64,000 nt of DNA from Desulfomicrobium sp. (GCA_040768745.1 JAXGMI010000001.1:1248001-1312000); one strand, 5' to 3'; shown: positions 49,740-60,121, numbered from the stretch's first letter. A program made the numbers and translations. Notes: generated from the sequence alone by a model not told the origin.

Positions 49740-50615
49740 GTGGGACTGAAAATTTCCGTACACGGCGGGCACAGCGGCCAGTTCTGCACCCATGCCCGCG
49801 ACTCCCTGGCCGAGATGGTGGCCGAGTATCATCGCCAGGGGTTTGCCTGCGTTTGCCTGACCGAGCATATGCCTCCAGAGTCTGATGCCTGGCGATACGC
49901 CGACGAGGTGGAGGCCGGGTTGACTGCAAGGGACATGCAAGAGCGCTTCCAGGCCTATGTGGACGAGGCCAGACGCCTGTCTGGATTGTACGCCGGCCAG
50001 ATGACAGTGCTCGTGGGCATGGAGTCGGAATGGTATCCGGGGGTGCAGGCCGGAGTGGCCCGCTGGCGAGGGGACCTTGATGTGCTGGTCGGCTCCGTGC
50101 ATCATGTCGGCGGGATCTGCTTTGACTATTCACCGGAACATTACGCCGGGGCCGTGGCCAGGGCCGGCGGCCTCATTCCCTTGTACCTCTCCTATCTGGA
50201 CGCGCAGTGGGAAATGCTTGTGGGCCTGCGGCCGGAAGTGGTCGGCCATTTTGATCTGATCCGCATGCACGATCAGGACTATGTCCAGCGCATCGCCCAT
50301 CCGCAGGTGTGGAGCCGCATCACCCGCAATCTGAAACTGATAGGGGAAATAGGGGCGGTGCTCGATGTGAATAGCCGGGCCCTGCTCAAGGGTCAGCCTG
50401 AACCCTACGTCTGCAAGCCCATTCTCGAGGCCGCGTCCTCGCTGGGAATCCGGGCCGCGTTCGGGGACGACGCCCACGGGGTGGACGATGTGGGCAGAGG
50501 GGAAGAATCTGTGCGGAACCTATTGACCAAGGGCGGATTTGCCCCGCTGACCATTACGGGTGGCCAAGATCGCCAAGGGGGATGTCGGGAGTTTTTTTCC
50601 AAGCCCTCCACATGA
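49740..50615 (+). CDS. Histidinol-phosphatase, PHP (HisJ) family
   Basis: HGGHSGQFCTHA, LTEH, GSVHH, GHFDL, GDDAH. Confidence 0.85.
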   Translation: MGLKISVHGGHSGQFCTHARDSLAEMVAEYHRQGFACVCLTEHMPPESDAWRYADEVEAGLTARDMQERFQAYVDEARRLSGLYAGQMTVLVGMESEWYPGVQAGVARWRGDLDVLVGSVHHVGGICFDYSPEHYAGAVARAGGLIPLYLSYLDAQWEMLVGLRPEVVGHFDLIRMHDQDYVQRIAHPQVWSRITRNLKLIGEIGAVLDVNSRALLKGQPEPYVCKPILEAASSLGIRAAFGDDAHGVDDVGRGEESVRNLLTKGGFAPLTITGGQDRQGGCREFFSKPST

Positions 50616-51024
50616 GTCGACTCGACACAAGAAGACCGCTGCCCACAAGAATATAGACCGCGCATTTGATCTCCACTGCCATGGATGTCCAGGACATGAT
50701 CCGGCCCAGGGCGATCATGAGGACGATCAGCGTCCAGTTCCTCAAAGAAAAAAGACCGCCCAGGCAGGTGGGCACAGCCCTGCTTTGGATACGGGCAATG
50801 ATTTTCCCGGCCACGTTGTCAATAACCATCCGGCTCTTGACCAATCCCAGCACAAGTCCTCCCAGCCCGACTCCGGCCCCGGTCAGCCATGATTCCTGGC
50901 AAAGCAGGACAACTCCCCTGACGATGAGCAGAAAGCCCACTGCGGACCAGAAGCAGGCTGCCGTGAAGAGCTGCGTTCGGGGAGAGGTGCGGGGGGTCAG
51001 CCGATCGAGGAACTGGGGCAGCAT
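50554..51024 (-). CDS. Hypothetical membrane protein
   Basis: About 4 hydrophobic helices. Confidence 0.65.
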   Translation of the reverse strand: MLPQFLDRLTPRTSPRTQLFTAACFWSAVGFLLIVRGVVLLCQESWLTGAGVGLGGLVLGLVKSRMVIDNVAGKIIARIQSRAVPTCLGGLFSLRNWTLIVLMIALGRIMSWTSMAVEIKCAVYILVGSGLLVSSRLMWRAWKKTPDIPLGDLGHP

Positions 51025-51102
51025 TGCGGTTCCCTGGATTGTTGAGCTTGCGGGGAGAGATGGCCGGGAACGTCACAGATGAAGGAATGCACCGTGCATG
51101 GA

Positions 51103-51131
51103 GGCCGGGGCGGTGACAGCCACCCCGGCCT
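51103..51131 (-). terminator. Hairpin after cydB
   Basis: AGGCCGGGG..CCCCGGCCT. Confidence 0.55.
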
Positions 51132-51146
51132 ATTCAGGCGAGAGAA

Positions 51147-52172
51147 CTAGTAGGCGCCTTCCTGGTTCAACTCCTTGTCCGTGACCTTGTGCGAGAAGGT
51201 CCGGTACATCCAAAACTGGTAGGCGGCGACAATGGGCACGAAGACCAGGGCCACTCCGAGCATGATGGACAGGGTGAGGGTGCTGGAGGCGGCATTGCTG
51301 ATGGTGATGGAGAATTCCGGGGCAATGCTCGACGGCAGCAGGGCCGGGTAGAGGCCAACCACGCCGAAAAGGGTCAGGCCCGCGATCAGAACCGCAGACA
51401 GGGCCCATGCATACCACCAGTCCCCCTTGCCGATCTGGCGTCTGAGCAGGACCAGGGCCAGGACAGGCACGGCCAGCAGAACCAGCATCAGAGGGTTGCG
51501 CAGATAGTTCGCCAGCAAATTGGTGCTGAAGGCCGTCAGGACGACAAAAGCCGCGATAAGGGCGGCCAGCACCGGCCAGAGTTTGCGGGTCAGGCTTGCG
51601 GCGCGTTGTTGCAGATCGCCTTCGGTCTTGACCGTCAGCCACAGGGACCCGTGCATGGCAAAGAGAAGTACGAAGAGGGCCCCCCCGGCCAGACCGTAAG
51701 GGTTGAGCAGGGTCAGCAGGTTGCCCTGAAACACGCCGTTCTGGTCCAGAGGCAGACCCATGAAGATGTTGGCGAAGGCCACCCCCAGGAGCAGGGCGGG
51801 CAGGAAGCTGCCGACCGTCGCACCCAAGTCCCAGACCCGACGCCAGGCGGTGTTTTCAACCTGATGGCGGAATTCCAGGGACACGCCGCGGATGATCAGG
51901 GCGAAGAGCAGGAGCATGAGCGGGGTGTAGAGGCCGCTGAACATGACGGCGTAGGCCTTGGGAAACGCGGCAAAGGTGACTCCGCCGGCGGTGATCAGCC
52001 AGACCTCGTTGCCATCCCAGAAAGGCCCCATGGCGTTGAGCATGACCCGGCGGTCGCGGTCCGACTTGCCGAGGATCGGGATCAGGGAACCGATGCCCAG
52101 GTCGTAGCCATCCAGGATGAAATAGATGGCCCACAGTACTCCCCAGAGTAGGAACCAGATGGTTTCGAGCAT
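51147..52172 (-). CDS. cydB: Cytochrome bd oxidase subunit II
   Basis: LDGYDLGIG, GPFWDGNEVWLI..FAAFP. Confidence 0.95.
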   Translation of the reverse strand: MLETIWFLLWGVLWAIYFILDGYDLGIGSLIPILGKSDRDRRVMLNAMGPFWDGNEVWLITAGGVTFAAFPKAYAVMFSGLYTPLMLLLFALIIRGVSLEFRHQVENTAWRRVWDLGATVGSFLPALLLGVAFANIFMGLPLDQNGVFQGNLLTLLNPYGLAGGALFVLLFAMHGSLWLTVKTEGDLQQRAASLTRKLWPVLAALIAAFVVLTAFSTNLLANYLRNPLMLVLLAVPVLALVLLRRQIGKGDWWYAWALSAVLIAGLTLFGVVGLYPALLPSSIAPEFSITISNAASSTLTLSIMLGVALVFVPIVAAYQFWMYRTFSHKVTDKELNQEGAY

Positions 52173-52202
52173 GTATGAATCCTCCTTGACTGTCCGATGG
52201 GG

Positions 52203-53510
52203 TTAGGCGTCAGCTGGGCCTTTCTTGGCGAATTTGTAGAGCAGGTAGATGTCCACGGCACCAAGCAGGGCGTAGAGCAGGGTCAAAGCCACCAGGGAGA
52301 AGGCCACCTGGGAGGTGACAATAGGTGAAACGGCATCGGCCGTTTTCATCATCCCGTACACGATCCAGGGTTGCCGACCTACTTCGGCCACGACCCAGCC
52401 CGCCTCGATGGCGATATATGGGAGCGGAATGGCGTAGAGCATCGCCTTCAGGAGTTTCGGGGTTTCGGTCAGCTTGTTGCGGCGCAGGAAGGCCCAGATG
52501 CAGAGAATGGGCATAATCGTGCCAATTCCGACCATGGTCCGGAAGGACAAAAAGGTCAGCAGCACGGGCGGACGTTCCTCGGCTGGCCAGTCCTTGAGCC
52601 CCTGCACAGGCGCGCTGAAGGAGTTATGGGCCAGGAAGGACAGACCGCCGGGGATGCCGAAAAGTTCGATGGAGTTTCTTTCATTCTTTTCGTCAGGAAC
52701 CACGAACAGGTACATGGGCGCACCATCCTCGCGGGTGTCCCACAGGGATTCCATGGCCGCCAGCTTGGCCGGCTGGATCCTGGTCACCTCCTGGGCATGG
52801 TGGTGTCCTTGACCGGCGACCACAATGGAGAAGACCAGGGCGAAGACCATGCCCATCTTGAACGAGCGGGTGAAGAAGTCGATATTCTGCTTCTTGAGCA
52901 GGTGGTACGACGACACGCCCATGATGAAGAAGCCGGCCAGGGTAAAGGCGCCGCTCAGGGTGTGCACGTATTGCTGCCAGGCGAAGCCGTTGAAGACCAC
53001 GGCAAAGAAGTCCTCCAGTTCGGCCCGGCCATTGCGGATGACGTATCCCACCGGGTGCTGCATGAATGCGTTGGCGATGAGGATCCACAGGGCGGAAAGG
53101 TTGGAGGCGATGGCCACCAGCCAGATGCAGGCTGCGTGCATCCAGGGGGAGAGCACGTTCCAGCCGAAAATCCAGGCACCCAGGAAAGTGGATTCCAAGA
53201 AGAAGGCCACGGTAGCCTCAATGGCCAACAACGAGCCGAAGATGTCACCGACGTATTCGGAATAGCGGGACCAGTTGGTCCCGAACTGGAATTCCAGGGT
53301 GATGCCGGTGACCACGCCCAGCACAAAATTGATGACAAAAAGTTTGCCCCAGAATTTGGTCATTCTCTTGTACATCTCGTCGCCGGTCCGCACATACTTG
53401 GTTTCCATGACGGCCACCAGGATGGACAGGCCCAGGGTCAGGGGGACGAAGATGAAATGAAACATGGTAGCCATGGCAAACTGGAGCCTGGATAACATGA
53501 GCACATCCAT
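52203..53510 (-). CDS. cydA: Cytochrome bd oxidase subunit I
   Basis: SRLQFA..FHFIF, EFQFGTNW, QPAKLAAME, EVGRQPW. Confidence 0.96.
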   Translation of the reverse strand: MDVLMLSRLQFAMATMFHFIFVPLTLGLSILVAVMETKYVRTGDEMYKRMTKFWGKLFVINFVLGVVTGITLEFQFGTNWSRYSEYVGDIFGSLLAIEATVAFFLESTFLGAWIFGWNVLSPWMHAACIWLVAIASNLSALWILIANAFMQHPVGYVIRNGRAELEDFFAVVFNGFAWQQYVHTLSGAFTLAGFFIMGVSSYHLLKKQNIDFFTRSFKMGMVFALVFSIVVAGQGHHHAQEVTRIQPAKLAAMESLWDTREDGAPMYLFVVPDEKNERNSIELFGIPGGLSFLAHNSFSAPVQGLKDWPAEERPPVLLTFLSFRTMVGIGTIMPILCIWAFLRRNKLTETPKLLKAMLYAIPLPYIAIEAGWVVAEVGRQPWIVYGMMKTADAVSPIVTSQVAFSLVALTLLYALLGAVDIYLLYKFAKKGPADA

Positions 53511-53521
53511 AGGTTTCTCCT

Positions 53522-54229
53522 TCAGTCGTTTGCGGGTGCTTGGCCCGTAATCCGGGATATGGCCTCGTCGGCCAGGGTTGCGGGGGTGAGTTCCAGAACC
53601 TGCCTGTCACGGTACAGCTCCAGGGGCGTGGCGTCGTTGCGGAACTCCTCCAGGTGGGGCAGGGAGGATTTGAGGCCGAGCATCCCGCAGGCCCAGGCAG
53701 AGAATCCGCGGATGACCGGGTCACAATCGTTCAGAGCGCAGAGCAGATCAGCTTCTGCCTTGGCAGCCAGATCCGGGCGGATCTGGGCCAAACGCCCCAC
53801 CCCCCAAATCGCCCCCCGGCGCAGGGGGGCGTGTTCGAGATAGCAGTCGGGGCGGCAATGATCCTCGTGGATATAGGCCAACAGGTGATTGTGGAACTCC
53901 GTGGCCATGAGGGGGCTTTGGCAGACAATCTCGGCCATGGCTTCGGGTGCGCCCCACCCGATACCTCCGGATTCGTCATTGAGGCTCCAGATGAAACGGC
54001 GCATGACGATACGCGCTTTTTCCGGTGTCGTGGCGGCCATGGCGCTGACCACGACGCCAAAGGCGGTGACCGCATGCCAGCGCACCAGGGATGATGCATT
54101 GCACAGGGCGGAAAAGAGCGGGGCCACGGCCTGCTGGCCAAGGCCGGCCAGCCGGGGCAGTTCCTCTTCCCATCCCTCGTCAGCCAGGATGGAGAGGATG
54201 CGCCGCTTGAGTTCCCTGCCGCCCTTCAT
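53522..54229 (-). CDS. HEAT-repeat protein (DVU0298-like family)
   Basis: MRRFIWSLNDESGGIGWGAPEAMAEI. Confidence 0.75.
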   Translation of the reverse strand: MKGGRELKRRILSILADEGWEEELPRLAGLGQQAVAPLFSALCNASSLVRWHAVTAFGVVVSAMAATTPEKARIVMRRFIWSLNDESGGIGWGAPEAMAEIVCQSPLMATEFHNHLLAYIHEDHCRPDCYLEHAPLRRGAIWGVGRLAQIRPDLAAKAEADLLCALNDCDPVIRGFSAWACGMLGLKSSLPHLEEFRNDATPLELYRDRQVLELTPATLADEAISRITGQAPAND

Positions 54230-54237
54230 GTGCAATC

Positions 54238-55446
54238 TCAGGCGTCGGCAGCCACTTTGGCCTTGATGGCCATAGCCACCTGACGGCCAAGGTCCTTGCA
54301 TTCTGCCAACTTGGCGTGGTCTGGCACGTTCTTGGACTTTACTCCCGGCTCGATAACCTCGATTTTGGCCGACTTGAGCCAGTCGTTCAGGATGTTGAGC
54401 GATTCTCCGCTCCAGCCAAAGGAGGCGAAGGCCGCACCGACTCGTCCCACTGGCCGCAACCCTTTCATGTAGGTCAGGAAATCGGCCACCAGGGGCAGGA
54501 TGCCGTTATTGTGGGTCGGCGAGCCGCAGATGATGCCCGTGGCATCGGCCAGTTCGCCCATGACGTCGCTGTGGTGGTACTGCTTGAGGTGCATGATCTT
54601 CACGGCGACCCCTTCCTCCATGAGACCCTCGGCAATGGCCTTGGCCATCTTTTCCGTGGAGTGCCACATGGTGTCGTAGACGATAACCGCCTTGGCATTG
54701 GGTTTCTGTGTGGCATAGTCACGATAGGCCTGCAGGATGAGCGGCACGTTGGAGCGCCAGATGATGCCGTGATCCGGGGCGATCATGTCGATCTGAAGGC
54801 CGAGCTTCTCGACCTCGTCGAGGACAGCAGTGACCCGCTGGGAATAGGGCAGCACGATGTTGTGGTAGTAGTGGGAGCTGGCGGCCATGAGCATGGCCAG
54901 ATCGATCTCGTCGTCAAAGCGCTCGCTGGAGGCGATGTTCTGGCCAAAGGCATCGTTGGAGATGAGAAGCCTGTCCTCGGGGATGTACGAGAACATGGAG
55001 TCCGGCCAGTGCAGCATCCGCGTTTCCAGAAACTGCACCGTGCGCTTGCCCAGGCTTATGGAGTCCCCCGTCTGGACCGGGTGATACGGCCAGTCGGGCT
55101 GGTGGAAATGGTCCAGGAGCATGCGGTGCCCCATCTTGGAGCAGAAGACCTTCTCCGGGCGGATCTTTTCCATCAGAAACGGCATGGCCCCGGCATGGTC
55201 CGGTTCGATGTGGTTGCAGACAATGTAGTCGATCTTTTCCAGCGGGATGATGGACCTGACCTGGTGGTAGAGGTCCATCTGGAATTTGGCCGGTACCGAG
55301 TCGAACAGGGTGATCTTGTCGTCAATGACGAGATAGGCGTTGTAGGTCGTGCCTTGGGGGGACTTGGAATATCCGTGGAAGTCGTGGATGTTCCAGTCCA
55401 CAATTCCGACCCAGTAGATGTCTTTCTTGATTTCGGTGACAGGCAT
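54238..55446 (-). CDS. roo: Rubredoxin:oxygen oxidoreductase (flavodiiron protein, FprA family)
   Basis: GTTYNAY, NHIEPDHAG, HWPDSM, SNDAFGQ, APDHG, flavodoxin domain. Confidence 0.95.
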   Translation of the reverse strand: MPVTEIKKDIYWVGIVDWNIHDFHGYSKSPQGTTYNAYLVIDDKITLFDSVPAKFQMDLYHQVRSIIPLEKIDYIVCNHIEPDHAGAMPFLMEKIRPEKVFCSKMGHRMLLDHFHQPDWPYHPVQTGDSISLGKRTVQFLETRMLHWPDSMFSYIPEDRLLISNDAFGQNIASSERFDDEIDLAMLMAASSHYYHNIVLPYSQRVTAVLDEVEKLGLQIDMIAPDHGIIWRSNVPLILQAYRDYATQKPNAKAVIVYDTMWHSTEKMAKAIAEGLMEEGVAVKIMHLKQYHHSDVMGELADATGIICGSPTHNNGILPLVADFLTYMKGLRPVGRVGAAFASFGWSGESLNILNDWLKSAKIEVIEPGVKSKNVPDHAKLAECKDLGRQVAMAIKAKVAADA

Positions 55447-55541
55447 GGTGCGTGGTCCTTCAATGTGATGCCCCCTCCGGGGTGGAGGGGGATGTTGCGT
55501 TCAATCTCTTCCAGCCGTTCATCCCGGCTGGACAGGGAAGA

Positions 55542-55703
55542 TCAGTTCTCCTTGGCGAAATCGGCCTTGCCAGCCCCGCAGACCGGGCAGGACCAATCGT
55601 CGGGGATGTCCTCGAATTTCGTTCCAGGTGCGATCCCGCCATCCGGATCGCCTACCGCCGGATCGTACACATAGCCGCAGAGAGTGCATACATATTTGTC
55701 CAT
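55542..55703 (-). CDS. rub: Rubredoxin (53 aa; absent from the ORF track)
   Basis: Manual translation [53 protein letters not shown]. Confidence 0.97.
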   Translation of the reverse strand: MDKYVCTLCGYVYDPAVGDPDGGIAPGTKFEDIPDDWSCPVCGAGKADFAKEN

Positions 55704-55716
55704 GGCGTGAGTCTCC

Positions 55717-56097
55717 TCAGTTTTGGTTTTTCCATTGTCCGTGCAGATTGCAATATTCCCTGGCAGTGACCTTCTCGGCCTGGATGCAAAATTCCGCTTC
55801 CGGTGCCTGGCCGGGGTTCAGGTACTGCCGATAGACCTTGCCGTCGGCGACGAGTTCGATCCATTCGATATAGTGGGCATCCAGCATGGGATGGGGCACA
55901 TCGCCGACCACTACCTTGTAGCCTGTCGCCGTCTTATGGATGACCGGGACATGTTTTTCCCTGGCTGCGTCCACGGTTCCCTCGGCCTGGAGCTGCATGT
56001 CTTCCCCGCAACAAACCAGGGTGCCACCTCCACCGTGGAGAACTTCGACGATATTGCCGCAAAGGGCGCATTTGTACACTTCAAGCCGTTGAGCCAT
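55717..56097 (-). CDS. dfx: Desulfoferrodoxin (superoxide reductase)
   Basis: [31 protein letters not shown]. Confidence 0.96.
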   Translation of the reverse strand: MAQRLEVYKCALCGNIVEVLHGGGGTLVCCGEDMQLQAEGTVDAAREKHVPVIHKTATGYKVVVGDVPHPMLDAHYIEWIELVADGKVYRQYLNPGQAPEAEFCIQAEKVTAREYCNLHGQWKNQN

Positions 56098-56210
56098 TGT
56101 TCACTCCTTGAACGTTTTGCTGATGAATTTCCAGTCGACAGATAACAGGGAACGGCGCGCTGTTCCAGTCATTATTCGACTGGCCGCAGGCGCATTCCCG
56201 TGCGATGGGC

Positions 56211-56624
56211 TTACTGTTCAGGTTGCTGGCGGGCCTGGCAGTGGGGACAGATGCCCGAAAATTCCAGGATAAAACCCGTGACCTGGAAATCGGAGTGCAG
56301 TCCCTTCTCGATGCCGGAAATATCCGGCGCGTCGTAAATGTCTCCGACCTTGCCGCAGACTTCGCACCGGATGTGATGGTGGGGTGAGGTGTCCCCGTCA
56401 AACCGCTTCTGCCCGGCCGCGTTCTCCAGTTTGCGGACCAGCCCCAGGGAACTCAGAACCTCGAGATTGCGATACACAGTGCCCAGGCTGATGCGCGGCA
56501 TTTTCTGCCGGACCAAGCCGTAGACTTCGTCGGCAGTCGGATGGGTGCTGACGGACTGGAGTTCCTCCAGGATGATTCTGCGCTGGTTGGTGAGGCGCAT
56601 GTCTTTGCCCAAAAATTCTTTCAT
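56211..56624 (-). CDS. Fur-family regulator (PerR-like by context)
   Basis: RLTNQR, HPTADEVY, SLGTVYRNL, HHHIRCEVCG, GICPHC. Confidence 0.9.
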   Translation of the reverse strand: MKEFLGKDMRLTNQRRIILEELQSVSTHPTADEVYGLVRQKMPRISLGTVYRNLEVLSSLGLVRKLENAAGQKRFDGDTSPHHHIRCEVCGKVGDIYDAPDISGIEKGLHSDFQVTGFILEFSGICPHCQARQQPEQ

Positions 56625-56642
56625 GATCGTGTCCTCGTCAAA

Positions 56643-56663
56643 ATTTGATAACCATTACTAATT
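56643..56663. promoter_or_regulatory. Fur/PerR-like box upstream of the regulator gene
   Basis: ATTTGATAAC-C-ATTACTAATT imperfect inverted repeat resembling TGATAAT-N-ATTATCA. Confidence 0.5.
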
Positions 56664-56679
56664 GAGCAAAGCACAAAGG

Positions 56680-57711
56680 TCAAGAAAAAGAAGTCGTTCT
56701 GGACGATTCCGGAAGGGCACTGACCAAGTCGATCAATTTGGCAGGGGATATTTCAGCCATGCATGCGTTGTCGAGGGGGCAGACATTCTGGCCGTGCAGG
56801 GAACATGGAGCCTTGGGGCAGGGGCTTTGGTACACGATGTCCGCCGGCCCGGTGGGAAAAAAACCCCATTCCTGGGTGGTCGGACCGAACAGGGCCACGA
56901 CAGGGGTGCCCACGGCCGCGGCCAGGTGCATGGGGCCCGAATCCCCGGTGATCAGACCGCGACAGAGGGACAGCAGGGCCGATGTGGTCCGCAGGTCCGT
57001 GGAGTTGGTCAGATCCAGGGGCCAATCAGGGAGAAGGGGGATTGGGTTGCGACCCAGAACGATGATTTCATGCCCCATGTCCGCCAGGGTCCGGATCATG
57101 TTCGTCCAGACCTGTGGGCGAGGGGTCTTGGCCGGATGGGTGGCGTAGGGGTGAATGGCGATGGGGTCTTGCAGACCAAGGGCGTTCAGCCGCAAACGGG
57201 CCTGGATGATTTCGTTCTCGCGCAGGACAATCTGAGGTCGCAAGGCGCTCTTTTCCGGAGCGTCGTTCTGCAGGGCCAGGCTGTAGCGCTGTGGCACATT
57301 GTAGCGGTTCAGGCGCCTGGAAAAAAAAGGATGGTGCGTGGCCAGGAAAAGTCGTCTGCTGAAGGAGAATTTGGGGTAGGCGCGGGTTGGGCCGGGCCAG
57401 AGCAGGCGCAGGGCTCTCGTGCGCAGGGTGCCGTGCAGGTCGATGAACGGCATGCGTCCGTATGCCGTGGCCAGAGACCTGCAGAGCCGGATCCAGGCCA
57501 GCCCGCGAAGGTCTTTTTCCTCGACGGTGATGACGCTGCGGACCGCCGGGTGGTTGTCGAAGACCGGGGCCAAGGCCGGTCTGGTCAGGATATGGAAACT
57601 CAGACCGAAATGATCCTGCCAGTGGCGGAGCACACCGGTGGTCAGGATGGCGTCTCCCAGGGCGCTCAGGCGAATGGTCAGACATTCCTGGTTGGCGAGG
57701 GTTGCGGGCAC
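56680..57711 (-). CDS. Glycosyltransferase family 9 (LPS heptosyltransferase-like)
   Basis: IRLSALGD, TGDSGPMHLAAAVGTPVVALFGPT. Confidence 0.9.
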   Translation of the reverse strand: MPATLANQECLTIRLSALGDAILTTGVLRHWQDHFGLSFHILTRPALAPVFDNHPAVRSVITVEEKDLRGLAWIRLCRSLATAYGRMPFIDLHGTLRTRALRLLWPGPTRAYPKFSFSRRLFLATHHPFFSRRLNRYNVPQRYSLALQNDAPEKSALRPQIVLRENEIIQARLRLNALGLQDPIAIHPYATHPAKTPRPQVWTNMIRTLADMGHEIIVLGRNPIPLLPDWPLDLTNSTDLRTTSALLSLCRGLITGDSGPMHLAAAVGTPVVALFGPTTQEWGFFPTGPADIVYQSPCPKAPCSLHGQNVCPLDNACMAEISPAKLIDLVSALPESSRTTSFS

Positions 57712-57720
57712 GAATGCTCC

Positions 57721-58857
57721 TTATCTTGAAGGGCCCAGCTCGGCATAGACGTCCATGAGTCGGGCCGAAGTGCGGGATGGCTGAAATTTTTCCGCCTGGG
57801 CCAGTCCGCGGGCGATCATTGACTGGCGCAGGGATTGGTCGCCCATGACCCGATCGATGGTCTTGGCCAGCTCGGTCACATCGCCTGGAGTGGTGTACAG
57901 GGCAGCGTCGCCTCCTGGTTCGGTGAAGCATGATCCGGTGGAGGTGATGACCGGGACCCGGCTGTGCAGGGCTTCCAGGATGGGGATGCCGAACCCTTCG
58001 CCCACGGACGGATACACAAAGACCGTGGCCATCCGGTACAAGGCGGCGAGGGCCTCGTCCTGAACGCGTCCCGCAAAGCGAGTCCAGGCTTCAAGGCCAA
58101 GAGCTCTGACCTGCGCCCGCAGGGATTCTTCCAGAGGCCCCGTGCCGACGATGACAAGCCCTGGACGGCTGGAGGCCGGGATCTCAGCCAGGGCGGCGAC
58201 CAGGGTCTGGACACCCTTGCGGGCAACGAGGGAGCCGACGAACAGGACATAGTCCCCTGGCAATGCATGGGTCCGGCGCACACGATCCAACTCGGCCCTG
58301 TCAATGGGTCGCGAGAAGATCTCCGCGCAACTCTGGTATGCCACCCGGATGCGCTCCCAGGGGATGCCGAAAAGGTTGTGCACATCCTCGGCGGTTTTCT
58401 GGCTGATGGCCACGACGAGATCGGCCCTTTGGCAGCTGACTTTGTATTTGAGGGCATAGATGTGGCGGTCCAGCCAGGGATAGAGATGCGGGTGCGTCAG
58501 GAAGAGCAGGTCGTGCATGCTGACCACGGTCCTGGTGCGTCGGGCAAAACGGGTCAGGGGCAGTTCGTGGGACAGACCATGGAATATGTCGAGGCTGTCC
58601 GCCTCTGCGGCCCGGGGAATACCGAAGGTCCTCCACAGGGCTGGCACGACGCGTCCCAGAGGGCATGCTTCATGCACAACGAGGTCTGCCTTGGCGGAAA
58701 TTGTGCAGGATCCTTCGCTCCCACGCGCGTTGTAGAGGATGTAACGGTGCTGCGGATAATGGAGGGCCAGCCCGAGGACGGTGCTGCGTGCGTAGTTGCC
58801 AAGGCCCGTGGGGTTGTGGAAGAAGCGCTTGGCGTCAAATCCGATGTGCATGCACAT
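57721..58857 (-). CDS. Glycosyltransferase family 4
   Basis: IGFDAKRFFHNPTGLGNY, EGFGIPILEA. Confidence 0.9.
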   Translation of the reverse strand: MCMHIGFDAKRFFHNPTGLGNYARSTVLGLALHYPQHRYILYNARGSEGSCTISAKADLVVHEACPLGRVVPALWRTFGIPRAAEADSLDIFHGLSHELPLTRFARRTRTVVSMHDLLFLTHPHLYPWLDRHIYALKYKVSCQRADLVVAISQKTAEDVHNLFGIPWERIRVAYQSCAEIFSRPIDRAELDRVRRTHALPGDYVLFVGSLVARKGVQTLVAALAEIPASSRPGLVIVGTGPLEESLRAQVRALGLEAWTRFAGRVQDEALAALYRMATVFVYPSVGEGFGIPILEALHSRVPVITSTGSCFTEPGGDAALYTTPGDVTELAKTIDRVMGDQSLRQSMIARGLAQAEKFQPSRTSARLMDVYAELGPSR

Positions 58858-59449
58858 GTTCCTTTCGTTGCACAAGAAGGGTCAGATAGGCGGCCAGGTC
58901 ACTGGCCTGCCAGGCCGGCCAGCCTGGGCGGGCGGGACAGCGCTGGACCTCCCCGTCCAGGGGAGGCAGGCCCAAGGCCAGCGCCTCCTTTGGCCCATAC
59001 CCTGTCATGACCAGGACCGTTTCGGCGCAGCCGATGGCATGTCCGAAGCGGATGTCGGCGACCTTGTCCCCGACCATGACGGTGCTTTCCCCGCGCAGGT
59101 TGTGTGCCTGGACCAGCCTGCGCCACAGGCCCGGGCGGGGCTTGCGGCAGTCGCAGTCCGCCTCAGGTCCGTGGGGGCAAAAAACACTGTCCTGCAGGGA
59201 CAGGCCCTCCGCCTGAAGCAATTCCTGCAGGCGGGCGTGGACGCTGCGATACTCCTCCAGGGTGAGGAGGCCTCGGCCAATCCCGCTCTGGTTGCTGACC
59301 AGGAAAAAGCGGCAGCCGAGGTGTGCAAGGCGGCGCCAGGGGGCCGCGATGCGGGTCGCGAGGCAGACCTGGTCCGGGTCGCGAAGATAGTGCCGTTCCT
59401 CGATGAGGGTCCCGTCTCGGTCCAGCAGGATGGTGTCGATGTCCTTCAT
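58835..59449 (-). CDS. gmhB: D-glycero-D-manno-heptose 1,7-bisphosphate phosphatase
   Basis: LDRDGTL, SNQSGIGRG, CPHGP..CDCRKP, MVGD. Confidence 0.9.
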   Translation of the reverse strand: MKDIDTILLDRDGTLIEERHYLRDPDQVCLATRIAAPWRRLAHLGCRFFLVSNQSGIGRGLLTLEEYRSVHARLQELLQAEGLSLQDSVFCPHGPEADCDCRKPRPGLWRRLVQAHNLRGESTVMVGDKVADIRFGHAIGCAETVLVMTGYGPKEALALGLPPLDGEVQRCPARPGWPAWQASDLAAYLTLLVQRKEHVHAHRI

Positions 59450-59677
59450 GTCCGTGTTCCCAGCAGGAGGGGAAAGTGCTTTTTTGATCGGATAGGCGGC
59501 CCAGGTCAAGGCGGGAGTGGGCGGTGCAGGGATGCGGGAGGGATTATGCAAAATTTGCCTGACGAAATTGTTGACGAAACAGTTCAGGTTGTGGATATGC
59601 GCGAGCGGGCGCACGTCTCGGGGTGACAGGGGGTGGCGGTCCGTGCTAACATACGCCACGCAGAAAACGGAGAGTGC

Positions 59678-60121
59678 ATGACAAACGCAAAGAATCAGAA
59701 GTGGGTTTATTTGGCCGCTGTCCTTTTGGTCGGAGCCGGGGTGGGCTACCTTCTCTTCAGTGGCCTTTCCCAGAATTCCGTGTATTTCTTGAATGTTTCT
59801 GAAGCGCTGGCCATGCCGGCGGAAAAGCTTGCCCAGGCCCGTCTTTTTGGTTCCGTGGCCGGGGAGAATATCGTTCCGGATCCTGCATCCTTGGGTGTCT
59901 CCTTCACGGCTCAGGACAAGGACGATCCCGCCAAGACAATCCGGGTGCACTACCGCGGCGCTGTCCCTGACACGTTCAAGGCCGGCGTGGAGGTCATCGT
60001 GGAGGGGACGTTCAATCCCCAGACCCGGGAATTCGAGGCCTCCACGTTGCTGACCAAATGTCCGTCCAAATACGAAAAGAACGAAAAGGGCCAGATGCGT
60101 CCTCCAGGGTTCAATGGCTAG
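59678..60121 (+). CDS. ccmE: Cytochrome c maturation heme chaperone (CxxxY type)
   Basis: YRGAVPDTFK.G.EVIVEG, TKCPSKY. Confidence 0.92.
   Translation: MTNAKNQKWVYLAAVLLVGAGVGYLLFSGLSQNSVYFLNVSEALAMPAEKLAQARLFGSVAGENIVPDPASLGVSFTAQDKDDPAKTIRVHYRGAVPDTFKAGVEVIVEGTFNPQTREFEASTLLTKCPSKYEKNEKGQMRPPGFNG

Noticed and set aside
59559..59579. TGACGAAA direct repeat between gmhB and ccmE as a Rex or response-regulator site
   Set aside because: Only two copies and a poor palindrome; it may simply include a -35 box.
59678..60121. CcmE with CxxxY instead of HxxxY as a novelty
   Set aside because: Known System I* variant in Desulfovibrio and archaea.
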